Positions 17,562 to 25,499 of a DNA stretch of 64,000 nt are shown here, piece after piece. Origin of the DNA: a virus; the IMG/VR virus record IMGVR_UViG_3300045978_000140, positions 1 through 64,000 of that record; one strand, given 5' to 3'. Position 1 is the stretch's first letter. Every line of letters begins with the position of its first letter. The position numbers were made by a program, and so were the translations under genes. Below the pieces are notes generated by a model, which saw only the letters and a list, made by a program, of their open reading frames with translations, made no database searches and was not told the origin of the DNA.

Positions 17562-17794
17562 AATTTGTTAAATAAATTTTGTGTTTCCACGTTAGATAAT
17601 GTGAGGCAACCAAAGTTGGTGAACCCCATTCCTTTTGAATAAGTTAAATTTTCTGTTAATTGATATTCGTCTTGACCACTTTCCAATGCTGACTTAATCT
17701 TGTATAAAGACACTCTGTTGTCTTTATAGATTACTTCAACAGAGTCTGCGTCATATTCTATGGGCAGACCCTCTTGAGAATAACCTACTAACAT
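17522..17794 (-). CDS. Hypothetical protein
   Basis: 90-aa ORF. Confidence 0.4.
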   Translation of the reverse strand: MLVGYSQEGLPIEYDADSVEVIYKDNRVSLYKIKSALESGQDEYQLTENLTYSKGMGFTNFGCLTLSNVETQNLFNKLWKLSRMYSTTGN

Positions 17795-17796
17795 GA

Positions 17797-18096
17797 TTAA
17801 AATCTTTCAGTTAGTACTTTCTGTGCGTAGTTAAGACCTTCCTGTAGACTGTCTACAAGACCTTTAGCTGCTAACTCACTCTGAACAGAGTAAGGATTTG
17901 CTCTTTGCGTTTCAGCAAATTTCACTTTAGCCTTTGCAAGATCTACCTTGGTTTGGGCTATGTCCACTTCCAATTGTGATTTTGCTACCTGGACATCTAA
18001 TTCCAGTTGCTCTGACTGTTGATCCTCTGTTGACTGAGAGATCAGGTCTTTGTACTTTAATTGTTGTTCCTGTGTTTCGTTCGATGTGTTTTCCAT
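17797..18096 (-). CDS. Coiled-coil acidic small protein
   Basis: 99 aa with protein-like composition. Overlaps the 3' 170 nt of the upstream ORF in another frame. Confidence 0.45.
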   Translation of the reverse strand: MENTSNETQEQQLKYKDLISQSTEDQQSEQLELDVQVAKSQLEVDIAQTKVDLAKAKVKFAETQRANPYSVQSELAAKGLVDSLQEGLNYAQKVLTERF

Positions 18097-19147
18097 CTTT
18101 TTCAGTGTTTAAATTAATTTTTGTTTGATTTTTATCTGTAAGAACGTGTAATATTTGTTTTAATTCAACCTCTTTATAGCCTTGGGGTATAAAATCATAA
18201 GTTGCATTAGAGTTTTTGTGAGATTGTGGATAATTAAAATAACCTTTACCATTAGAAATAGTTAGCTTCCAAGTAGGCTCATAACCCACAAACTCATCCC
18301 TTCTAGCCCTCATGAATGCTTCTAAAGTATCTTTAGTCTCAGCAGTAATTCTTACACTCCATTTTTCAGGCACAACAGGTGGTGGAGTAAGTTGACTGAA
18401 ACACTCCTCAGGAGTTAAAGGATACATAAGTCCAGCAGCTATTAATTCTCCCTTTGTAGCTTTTCTAAAAGCACATGCTTTATTAGAAGATCCTGGATGT
18501 GGCATATTAGGAGATGTAGTTTCTGAGAATTCCCAAGAAAGAGTGTCATAATTTCTTTTACCTCTAAACTTAGCTAAAACACCTTTTTCCCAGTATCCTT
18601 CAGTATCTAAACCACCTTTTTCAGCTCCCATGTAATAATACCATTCCCCTACTATGGGTTCTTCAGGAGCAAAGAAAGGCTTCAGCTGTGAAAGCATATA
18701 CTCTGGTTGATTACTGGAATGAGCCACTGTCCATAGACCTCCTTCGTTCCAAGCTAATCCACCTTTGCCTATGTTGTAAATATTCATACCAGACTGACAA
18801 GACTTTCTATCCTTTAGATACTGCAGCAATTCTGTTGTAGGTTCCCAACAGACTCCTCTTGCTGGGAAGTCACGTAGCATAGGTGTTCTACTGGTAACAA
18901 TCTCTGCCCAGTTGCCTCCTGCCTTGCTGTAAACAATTCCCATCCAAGAAACTCCAGAACCATTTGTATCTGGAAGATTCCAGCTTCCTTTGTGTCTGAA
19001 ATATAAATCTCCATTACAAGGCTCTAAGAAAGCTCCTATAGGCACTTCTACATCTGTGCTTCCTCCCAGAATATGAGCTGGCTTTATAGTAGCTGCAGCA
19101 AAGAAGCCTCTCTTTTGAGCTTCTTCTAATAGTTCATCATCTGTCAT
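17927..19147 (-). CDS. Hypothetical Trp/Gly-rich protein (3' end uncertain)
   Basis: 406-aa ORF. The last ~56 codons (RATGIRCPGSKITIGSGHSPNQGRSCKG) look like off-frame read-through across the next gene. Confidence 0.5.
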   Translation of the reverse strand: MTDDELLEEAQKRGFFAAATIKPAHILGGSTDVEVPIGAFLEPCNGDLYFRHKGSWNLPDTNGSGVSWMGIVYSKAGGNWAEIVTSRTPMLRDFPARGVCWEPTTELLQYLKDRKSCQSGMNIYNIGKGGLAWNEGGLWTVAHSSNQPEYMLSQLKPFFAPEEPIVGEWYYYMGAEKGGLDTEGYWEKGVLAKFRGKRNYDTLSWEFSETTSPNMPHPGSSNKACAFRKATKGELIAAGLMYPLTPEECFSQLTPPPVVPEKWSVRITAETKDTLEAFMRARRDEFVGYEPTWKLTISNGKGYFNYPQSHKNSNATYDFIPQGYKEVELKQILHVLTDKNQTKINLNTEKDGKHIERNTGTTIKVQRPDLSVNRGSTVRATGIRCPGSKITIGSGHSPNQGRSCKG

Positions 19148-19149
19148 AA

Positions 19150-19186
19150 CCTAAAGATTTAAAAGGCCTGCCAATATGACAGGCCT
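19150..19186 (-). terminator. Rho-independent terminator
   Basis: Stem AGGCCTG/CAGGCCT, then TTTTAAATCTTT on the minus strand. Downstream of 19193-19453. Confidence 0.5.
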
Positions 19187-19192
19187 TTGTTA

Positions 19193-19453
19193 TTAGAATT
19201 TCTTGGTAGTTACAAGCTTTCTGTACTCAAGTTCTCCATCACCATCTTTAACCTCTTCAATTTTTACCCAAGGTACAAAAGTAAGAGCTTCTGATGTATT
19301 ACTATGTTCGTCAGTTTCAACAACTGATATAACACGAACTATACACCCTGATTCAGGTATCTCCATAGCCAGAGTTTCTGTGTAAACATCTCCTGTAGAA
19401 TGAGAAGAAAGTAACTTCCACACATCTACTTCAAATAGACCTTCGCCTATCAT
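19193..19453 (-). CDS. Hypothetical small protein (start trimmed to the internal Met)
   Basis: The C-terminal 87 codons of the 184-aa ORF begin at MIGEGLFEV, 2 nt after the stop of 19455-20057. The upstream extension is junk-like and lies in another frame of that gene. Confidence 0.45.
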   Translation of the reverse strand: MIGEGLFEVDVWKLLSSHSTGDVYTETLAMEIPESGCIVRVISVVETDEHSNTSEALTFVPWVKIEEVKDGDGELEYRKLVTTKKF

Positions 19454-19454
19454 C

Positions 19455-20057
19455 TTACTTAAGGGTATATTTGACTTTGTTGAGGATGATCCACTGAATG
19501 GTTCTTGGGTCAACCTGTCTCGTACGTGTGTCGTAATCTTTTGAAGGATCTTTCTGAAGCTCCATATCGATGAAGTGCACTCTACCCAAATCATCGATGT
19601 GTCTGTGGTGTCTTCCTTTGATGATACGTAACTTTCCTGGGGTGCTCTTAGTGATTGGATTCTCGATAAGGTCTTCCAAAAGAGCTGGGGTGTTGGCAAG
19701 TGTTGCGTTAAGGATTTCATCGATTTTGGCTTGCTTTTCTGCCTCATACTCTTTTTTGGTTTTATCAGTGGATTTTGTAATGTATGCTACAGACATAGCG
19801 ATACGAGGGTTGTTGATGAAGATTTCAGCCAACTCTGTCATAGTTTTCTTCTCTTCAGAAGTGAAAACGTCAGCAGATACTGTAATTTCATGTACATATC
19901 TGTCACTCAAGGTAATCTCATTACCTAAGTCATCAGTTACAATGTACTTACCTGATCTGTGTTCTTTAACAACATAGAATGATGTCTCAGAAAGAATGGA
20001 GCCTGGCACAATAGCCACAGATGTAGCTTGAGGTGCATTTTTTGAAGTTGTTGTCAT
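19455..20057 (-). CDS. Hypothetical protein
   Basis: 200-aa ORF. Confidence 0.5.
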   Translation of the reverse strand: MTTTSKNAPQATSVAIVPGSILSETSFYVVKEHRSGKYIVTDDLGNEITLSDRYVHEITVSADVFTSEEKKTMTELAEIFINNPRIAMSVAYITKSTDKTKKEYEAEKQAKIDEILNATLANTPALLEDLIENPITKSTPGKLRIIKGRHHRHIDDLGRVHFIDMELQKDPSKDYDTRTRQVDPRTIQWIILNKVKYTLK

Positions 20058-20060
20058 AAA

Positions 20061-20405
20061 TTAATTTTTTTGAAATGGAAATAATTTGTTTGTTCTTTTA
20101 AAAGCGTCTACACTCTGTTCAGTTCCCCAACAATAAAGACCATCTTCTTCCATCTGGTCTTTATCAGGAGGATTACTAACTAAAGTAGGAGTTGAGCTGA
20201 AATCAAACTCTAAGAATGATTTTACAGTGCCTTTGTAATAAGCTCTCATAGAGCCTAAATAACCTACAGGAGAACATACCAGTTGTATTCTTCTTTCTTC
20301 CATTGGAACATCAGAATCATCACAACCATCTCCTTCTCCATATACTAGGTTTACACTGTAGCATCCTAATTGTTTAACCTCCTCAAGTTTCTTAAGTAAA
20401 TCCAT
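20061..20405 (-). CDS. Hypothetical protein
   Basis: 114-aa ORF. Confidence 0.45.
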   Translation of the reverse strand: MDLLKKLEEVKQLGCYSVNLVYGEGDGCDDSDVPMEERRIQLVCSPVGYLGSMRAYYKGTVKSFLEFDFSSTPTLVSNPPDKDQMEEDGLYCWGTEQSVDAFKRTNKLFPFQKN

Positions 20406-20413
20406 AGATACTA

Positions 20414-21295
20414 TTAGTTAATATCTTTGAAAAATCCTTCAGATACATCCAAACCATCAGCTACTGCAGATGAATATGCTGATCTGGAAACATTGTTCAC
20501 CATGAATGATTTCTCCAAGCCTTTGGCTGTTCCATCATATATCAAAGTATTGCTTGCTTTGAAAGACAATCTACTTTGAGCATAGGCAACATCTTCTTTA
20601 GTACCAATGAAAGTAAATGTCCATCCAGTCTCAGACAAAGCTTTGATAAGGGTATTGATGGCCTCAGCTGTGAAGTGTCTTGAGGAGTTTTCCTGACCAT
20701 CAGTATAGATGTTAACCAATACTTTGTCCCCAGGCTGTAAGTTTGGTTTCAATGACTCTACAGATTTACCAATAGCATCAAACAAAGCTGTGCTACCACG
20801 AGTCTCACCTTTGAATTCTCTAACAGCGCTCAAAGGCACCTTCAGATATCTAAAGATGATGTCATCTGAGAAATCACATAGCGTATAGGTATATTCTACC
20901 TCAGCTGTGTCTGATTTCAAACTACCAATACCCATATTGATACCTTTGATAGCTGCAGCTATCTTAGCACCATGCATGGAACCACTACTGTCCAGGATAT
21001 CAATAACGTGAATCATTGGTATACTTCTACCACCAACTACAGCTTTCACTGTTTTGTCTTTCTTCTTAGTAGAAGGATTCTGTGTTGTTGGAGTTTGTGT
21101 TGTTGTTTTACAAGGAGAAGCTGTTGGTGCTGTATACCAACTATTCCCTCTTCCTGCTCTAATTTCAGTTTCCAAATAGGTAATGAAATCTGCTGCAGTA
21201 GCAAATCCTTCTTTGATCGCTTTAGTCTCTCTGGCAGTCTTGTTGTACTGTTTCAAGTTTTTAAGCGTCTCAGAGTTTGTTCTGACTTTACTCAT
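20414..21295 (-). CDS. von Willebrand factor type A (vWA) domain protein with Thr/Pro-rich linker
   Basis: MIDAS motif DILDSSGSM, then downstream T and D/G residues. Linker TTTQTPTTQNPSTKKKDK precedes the domain. Confidence 0.7.
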   Translation of the reverse strand: MSKVRTNSETLKNLKQYNKTARETKAIKEGFATAADFITYLETEIRAGRGNSWYTAPTASPCKTTTQTPTTQNPSTKKKDKTVKAVVGGRSIPMIHVIDILDSSGSMHGAKIAAAIKGINMGIGSLKSDTAEVEYTYTLCDFSDDIIFRYLKVPLSAVREFKGETRGSTALFDAIGKSVESLKPNLQPGDKVLVNIYTDGQENSSRHFTAEAINTLIKALSETGWTFTFIGTKEDVAYAQSRLSFKASNTLIYDGTAKGLEKSFMVNNVSRSAYSSAVADGLDVSEGFFKDIN

Positions 21296-21327
21296 AACGT
21301 TTGATTTATAATTAATAATTGTTTGAA

Positions 21328-21371
21328 CTCAGAATAAAAAAGAGAGGAGCAGTCTTAACTCTACTCCTCTC
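21328..21371 (-). terminator. Rho-independent terminator
   Basis: 8-bp stem GAGAGGAG/CTCCTCTC with a 14-nt loop, then TTTTTTATT on the minus strand. Downstream of the OMP gene. Confidence 0.6.
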
Positions 21372-21415
21372 CATCCTCGCATATGCGAGCACTTATCAAG
21401 ATGAAAAACTTTTCA

Positions 21416-21508
21416 TTTTCTCCACTGTGTATACCATAGTATAAAGGTCACAGCTGCTATCAATCCCACCATAATCCCTGCTATAAAAGCCATCCATATG
21501 AGAGACAT
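21416..21508 (-). CDS. Possible 30-aa hydrophobic peptide (unannotated small ORF)
   Basis: MSLIWMAFIAGIMVGLIAAVTFILWYTQWRK lies between the OMP gene and a strong terminator. Below the ORF-track size cutoff. Confidence 0.2.
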
Positions 21509-21520
21509 GATTTCTAGGTA

Positions 21521-22159
21521 TTAGAATTGCCAACCTACTCTTAACACTGGGTTAATACCTGGTGCTAATTCAAAAGTGGTTCTGTTGCTACCCTCATCAG
21601 GATTTGTCATTACAAGCGCAGCGTTGTATCCTATCTCAGTACCTACATATACTTTAGGTATGATATAGTAGTCAAAACCACAGAATGCTCCAACACCTAC
21701 TCCCAATCTATCTACTTGATAGTTATAGTAGTAAGAGTCACCATACTCATCATCACCATAAGCATTGAAATGAGCAAAGGCTGCAGAAACTTCATATCCC
21801 CAATAAGTGGATAATCTTTCAGCACCTTTTAGGTGTCGCTCAATACCTAAACTCAAACCTACTGCAAATTCAGTGTCTGTGTTTGGAAGGTCATCATCAT
21901 TGAGAGCAAAGTTAGCTCCATATCTGTACGCTTTGTTAGCAGATCTGAAGTCTCTCATTTTTACTCCAACCATGTCCAAACTACCACTAATTGATGGTAA
22001 TGAGAAGATACCACCACCAGTTAAGTCAGGGGTTGCATTAACCTCCATAATGAAGGTACCTTCTTTTGGTTTCTCGAATGTTCCTGCATTCGTAGAAATT
22101 TGTGCATTGGCCCATCCAAAGGCCATCAGTGCACCTAATGTTAACATAATTTTTCTCAT
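21521..22159 (-). CDS. Outer-membrane beta-barrel protein (OmpA-like / porin family)
   Basis: Signal peptide MRKIMLTLGALMAFGWANAQ. Alternating amphipathic beta-strands. C-terminal aromatic ...RVGWQF. Confidence 0.65.
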   Translation of the reverse strand: MRKIMLTLGALMAFGWANAQISTNAGTFEKPKEGTFIMEVNATPDLTGGGIFSLPSISGSLDMVGVKMRDFRSANKAYRYGANFALNDDDLPNTDTEFAVGLSLGIERHLKGAERLSTYWGYEVSAAFAHFNAYGDDEYGDSYYYNYQVDRLGVGVGAFCGFDYYIIPKVYVGTEIGYNAALVMTNPDEGSNRTTFELAPGINPVLRVGWQF

Positions 22160-22263
22160 GATAAAATAATTTAAAGTTATCGTGGAGGAGAGAAGTAGCG
22201 AGCTTCTCTACTAGGCGTGAAATGTTGGTACACCTGTGCTATCCTATTACACTATTCCCCCTT

Positions 22264-22349
22264 TTATTCTGTGGAAGGGAGGCGATTCGAACGCCTCTAC
22301 TACGTAGTAGTTTTAATGGTATGTTGTACGTGTGCTAAGCCAGTTACAC
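22264..22349 (-). ncRNA. Type-II (long variable arm) tRNA-like gene or pseudogene, anticodon unresolved
   Basis: GGGAGGA acceptor. D-arm GUGU-AACUGGCUUAGC-ACAC. Perfect variable hairpin CUACUAC/GUAGUAG. Canonical T-arm AGGCG-UUCGAAU-CGCCU. The 3' acceptor CCCUUCC pairs 6 of 7. No clean 5-bp anticodon stem found by eye. Confidence 0.35.
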
Positions 22350-22399
22350 TATCCTCCCATGTACAGTTGTTTAAGGTACAACTGTTAAAACCTATATTT

Positions 22400-22885
22400 T
22401 TATGCTTCTTCGTCAGGACTGGTAGATCCTGCAGGCACTTCTTCAAAATCAGTATCCTGGATTGTTGGTACATATCCAAAATGCTCTGAAATTTTATCCA
22501 AAATGATTTTTCCTTCATCCTGAGGATCTCCAATATATAGAGGCTCCAAAGTATCATGGAAAGGCTCATCAACAACCCATACCAATGCTTTCAAGTGCAA
22601 CAAAGCCTCTTGAAGAGTGGCGATAGAAGTTGTTGGGCTATTAATCCATTTATAAATGTCAGGAAGAAAAGCAAGAATATTTGCTTTTGCGTCGAATTTT
22701 TCACCTTCCCATTGCTCATCTTCAGGCAATGTACCTTCTTCATGCTCTTTCACATAAGCAGGAGTTAGATAAGGTTTAGCCATCTCAAATGGCAGTAAAC
22801 ATAATAGAGCCAATCTTTGTGACCCATAGAAATCTGCTGATTCTTCAGACAGATACCTCTCAAGGATTTCTTCGCTTGTTTTCAT
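22400..22885 (-). CDS. Hypothetical acidic protein
   Basis: 161-aa ORF. Confidence 0.5.
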   Translation of the reverse strand: MKTSEEILERYLSEESADFYGSQRLALLCLLPFEMAKPYLTPAYVKEHEEGTLPEDEQWEGEKFDAKANILAFLPDIYKWINSPTTSIATLQEALLHLKALVWVVDEPFHDTLEPLYIGDPQDEGKIILDKISEHFGYVPTIQDTDFEEVPAGSTSPDEEA

Positions 22886-23021
22886 ATTTAAGTTTTATTG
22901 TTCTCTTTTTTTGAGTGTTTATTCATTATAGAGGCCATAAAGATAATAAAAATTACCATTATAAACCCTATAAACATAAACTGATTTTCTGTTAGTTCAG
23001 GTAAATGTCCTTCCATGGTCT

Positions 23022-23267
23022 TTAAATTAAGGAGTTTATAGTTTCTTCATTCATTTTTAAAATCCTAAGAATTGCCCTTTCCTGTGCTGGGTTTACATGC
23101 AAAATATGAGACAGGATCTCGATTTTGTCATGAGTTAGTTCTGCCACACCATCTGCAAATGCATGTATTCTGGTCATTTGACCATGAATTTGGTGTAATT
23201 CACAAGGATCTAAAGGCTCGTTGTCCTCCCTGACCCATCTTCCATCTCTAATCACTGCTTTACTCAT
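23022..23267 (-). CDS. Hypothetical protein
   Basis: 81-aa ORF. Confidence 0.45.
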   Translation of the reverse strand: MSKAVIRDGRWVREDNEPLDPCELHQIHGQMTRIHAFADGVAELTHDKIEILSHILHVNPAQERAILRILKMNEETINSLI

Positions 23268-23284
23268 ATAATTGATGATTTTGG

Positions 23285-23316
23285 TTAATAAAAAAGCCCT
23301 ATCTTTTGGATAGGGC
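23285..23316 (-). terminator. Rho-independent terminator
   Basis: Stem GCCCTATC/GATAGGGC with loop TTTTG, then TTTTTTAT on the minus strand. Confidence 0.6.
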
Positions 23317-23336
23317 CCTGTAACATTTCTGTTTGA

Positions 23337-23720
23337 TTAGCACTCCATATGAGAAGTTGTGCTGGTTGTTGTGGCTGGAGCTGCAGTTGTACTACTGGTA
23401 GTAGTTGTATCCTGTGGCTCAGGCTCCAAAGAGGTAGTGCTGGTTGTTGTAGCACTAGGGTCTTCTGTAGTACTTGATGTAGTAGTGGTCCCAGGCTCAC
23501 CTCCAAATACTTCAGCAAATAAAAGAAGAGCATCCTGTAAATCCTTTTGAAGTTCTTTAAGTTCTTTACGCAATCCAAGTAGTTTTTGTACCCACTCAAT
23601 AGGATCATACGTTGAATCATGTAGAGCCACGTCTACTAAAAATTGAATTTGAGCTTCAATTACAGATATTCTCAACTGCAATAAACTAATTTGTGCCTCT
23701 AAGGCTTGTTGTTTTGTCAT
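23337..23720 (-). CDS. Coiled-coil protein with Thr/Ser-rich C-terminal tail
   Basis: 127 aa. C-terminus TTTSSTTEDPSATTTSTTSLEPEPQDTTTTSSTTAAPATTTSTTS. Confidence 0.5.
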   Translation of the reverse strand: MTKQQALEAQISLLQLRISVIEAQIQFLVDVALHDSTYDPIEWVQKLLGLRKELKELQKDLQDALLLFAEVFGGEPGTTTTSSTTEDPSATTTSTTSLEPEPQDTTTTSSTTAAPATTTSTTSHMEC

Positions 23721-23798
23721 TTTGATAAGTTTTAGACAAGGTTAATAAATAATTTTGTTTAGCATAAGCAGTAAAGATATATAAAATTTGGGGATATT

Positions 23799-24167
23799 TT
23801 AATGTCTTAGCGTTAAATTTTCAATAATTGCTTTGAGCCTGTTTTCAGAGGTAACATGCCATGCAATGTTCACTAATTGAGAATCAAAATGAGTCAAATG
23901 CTCATCAGCTCTCTTTTCATCCTCTTCAGTCCAGTCTTCCTTATTGACCAAATCATCAGGCACTGTGTGTAGTTCCTCCTCAGGACAGAATACTCCCAAC
24001 ACGCCCACATTTGGGTTATCCTCAGGATAATCTCCCATTATGAACTGAATGTGATGGGGATACTTGTCTGGCTGAATTCTCCACACTTTATTGTACCCAT
24101 GTCTTTCACCTGAATCTGTGAAGCCTATCTCTTTCAAGACTTCTTCTGTAATTTTTCTATCTGTCAT
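23799..24167 (-). CDS. Hypothetical protein
   Basis: 122-aa ORF. Confidence 0.5.
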   Translation of the reverse strand: MTDRKITEEVLKEIGFTDSGERHGYNKVWRIQPDKYPHHIQFIMGDYPEDNPNVGVLGVFCPEEELHTVPDDLVNKEDWTEEDEKRADEHLTHFDSQLVNIAWHVTSENRLKAIIENLTLRH

Positions 24168-24171
24168 AGAT

Positions 24172-24519
24172 TTACTTTTTATACTTATAATTCAAACGTC
24201 TAATATCGTGCTTAAATTGCTTCATTGATACAGAGTAGATTACTCCATTTTCAAATCTATATCTTACATATTCAGTTCTCTGTCTCTTTTTTATCTGTAG
24301 AACTGTAACTTTATGTACGATAGGCTCATTAAAAGGATTATGACTCTTCCAATTATGGGAATAGAGATATACATCTCCTACACGCACTGTTTTGACAAGA
24401 TCTCTCTCATCAATAACATAATAGGGCCCACAGTATATTATACTCAGCAGTACAAATGCTATGAGCCCTGCAATAACTAACTTTTTCATGGCAATATAAT
24501 TTACCACAAAGTTAATCAC
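24172..24519 (-). CDS. Small membrane-anchored protein (probable true start at the internal ATG, MKKLVIAGL...)
   Basis: Signal-anchor KKLVIAGLIAFVLLSIIY. The GTG start overlaps the stop of the upstream small lipoprotein ORF. Confidence 0.45.
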   Translation of the reverse strand: MINFVVNYIAMKKLVIAGLIAFVLLSIIYCGPYYVIDERDLVKTVRVGDVYLYSHNWKSHNPFNEPIVHKVTVLQIKKRQRTEYVRYRFENGVIYSVSMKQFKHDIRRLNYKYKK

Positions 24520-24650
24520 TTTTTCTTGTACTTTTCTAACATTTCCTGGTCATACTTAGTTTGAGTATGAGGATAACTCCCCTTCGCATTATTTTTAGAA
24601 GAGGAGCATCCCATACACCCAAGTATAACCAATACAAACAGGGCCTTCAT
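24516..24650 (-). CDS. Possible 44-aa lipoprotein (unannotated small ORF)
   Basis: MKALFVLVILGCMGCSSSKNNAKGSYPHTQTKYDQEMLEKYKKK with lipobox-like ILGCMGC. Confidence 0.3.
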   Translation of the reverse strand: MKALFVLVILGCMGCSSSKNNAKGSYPHTQTKYDQEMLEKYKKK

Positions 24651-25039
24651 TAATCAAGCTCAGCGAGCTGCTTTTTAAGTTCTTCAACTGATTGTCCTTC
24701 AAGAGCTGTTAACTCTTTCTTACCAATCAACTCAAGAAGTTGAGCACGTTTAGCAGCTTTCTCTGCAGCCAAAGCTTTACGCTCTTTCTCTTCAAGTTTT
24801 ACCTCGATAACACGCAAAATAATACCAAATCTAAGTTCAGCCTGAATCTCAGATTTAGTTTTCTTTGTTGAAGCCTTAATAAAATCTTCTTCTCCAAAGG
24901 ATTTAACTGCTTTATTGGCCTCTTTAGCTAAAGCATTTAATGATTCCAGACTTAGATCCCATAGATCTTCTGAAGACACTACTCCTTTTCCTGTTACAAA
25001 TCTTAGCTTCTCTTTGGAAGCTTGTTCAAATATACTCAT
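24650..25039 (-). CDS. Hypothetical protein
   Basis: 129-aa ORF with a helical, charged C-terminal half. Confidence 0.5.
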   Translation of the reverse strand: MSIFEQASKEKLRFVTGKGVVSSEDLWDLSLESLNALAKEANKAVKSFGEEDFIKASTKKTKSEIQAELRFGIILRVIEVKLEEKERKALAAEKAAKRAQLLELIGKKELTALEGQSVEELKKQLAELD

Positions 25040-25052
25040 AGTATTAGATATT

Positions 25053-25499
25053 TTAGTGTTTCCACCCTTTAGTTAAATCTCTTTTGTCTGTTAATGCAGA
25101 ACAATAGTTCTGATATTTATCCCACTCTCCTCCACAGTGATACACAACACGTACTGACTGTGGAGTATGTTCAGGAATTTCCTTAACTATACCATTCTCC
25201 CACTGATCCTTAGGATAGTGAGGAGGTTGATAGCATACTTCATCACCAACCTCAAATATAACTTCTTCTGGTTTAGAGTCTTCAATGATGTTATCCTCAA
25301 TTCTACAACCAGCATAGCGTTCATGTACATAACGTGTTGACTTAAAATCAACATCTCTCATGTCTTTGCCAACCATATATCCTAAAAGACAGTGGGCCTC
25401 TGTCCCTCTTTCGTTATGACAACGATAGTCTTCATTACGATAGAAGGGACAGGTACCACATGTTTTAGGAATCTCCTTGATTTCTAAAGCTACTCTCAT
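25053..25499 (-). CDS. Cys-rich hypothetical protein (possible metal-binding)
   Basis: CGTCPFYRNEDYRCHNERGTEAHC near the N-terminus. Confidence 0.5.
   Translation of the reverse strand: MRVALEIKEIPKTCGTCPFYRNEDYRCHNERGTEAHCLLGYMVGKDMRDVDFKSTRYVHERYAGCRIEDNIIEDSKPEEVIFEVGDEVCYQPPHYPKDQWENGIVKEIPEHTPQSVRVVYHCGGEWDKYQNYCSALTDKRDLTKGWKH

Noticed and set aside
19454-19747. N-terminal 98 codons of the 184-aa ORF 19193-19747
   Set aside because: They overlap the 3' end of 19455-20057 in another frame and read as S/T/P/Q junk. The real start is probably the internal ATG at 19453.
23285-23620. 111-aa alternative-frame ORF overlapping 23337-23720
   Set aside because: Proline/Gln-rich translation produced by the poly-Thr codon repeats read in another frame. 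Overlaps a terminator.
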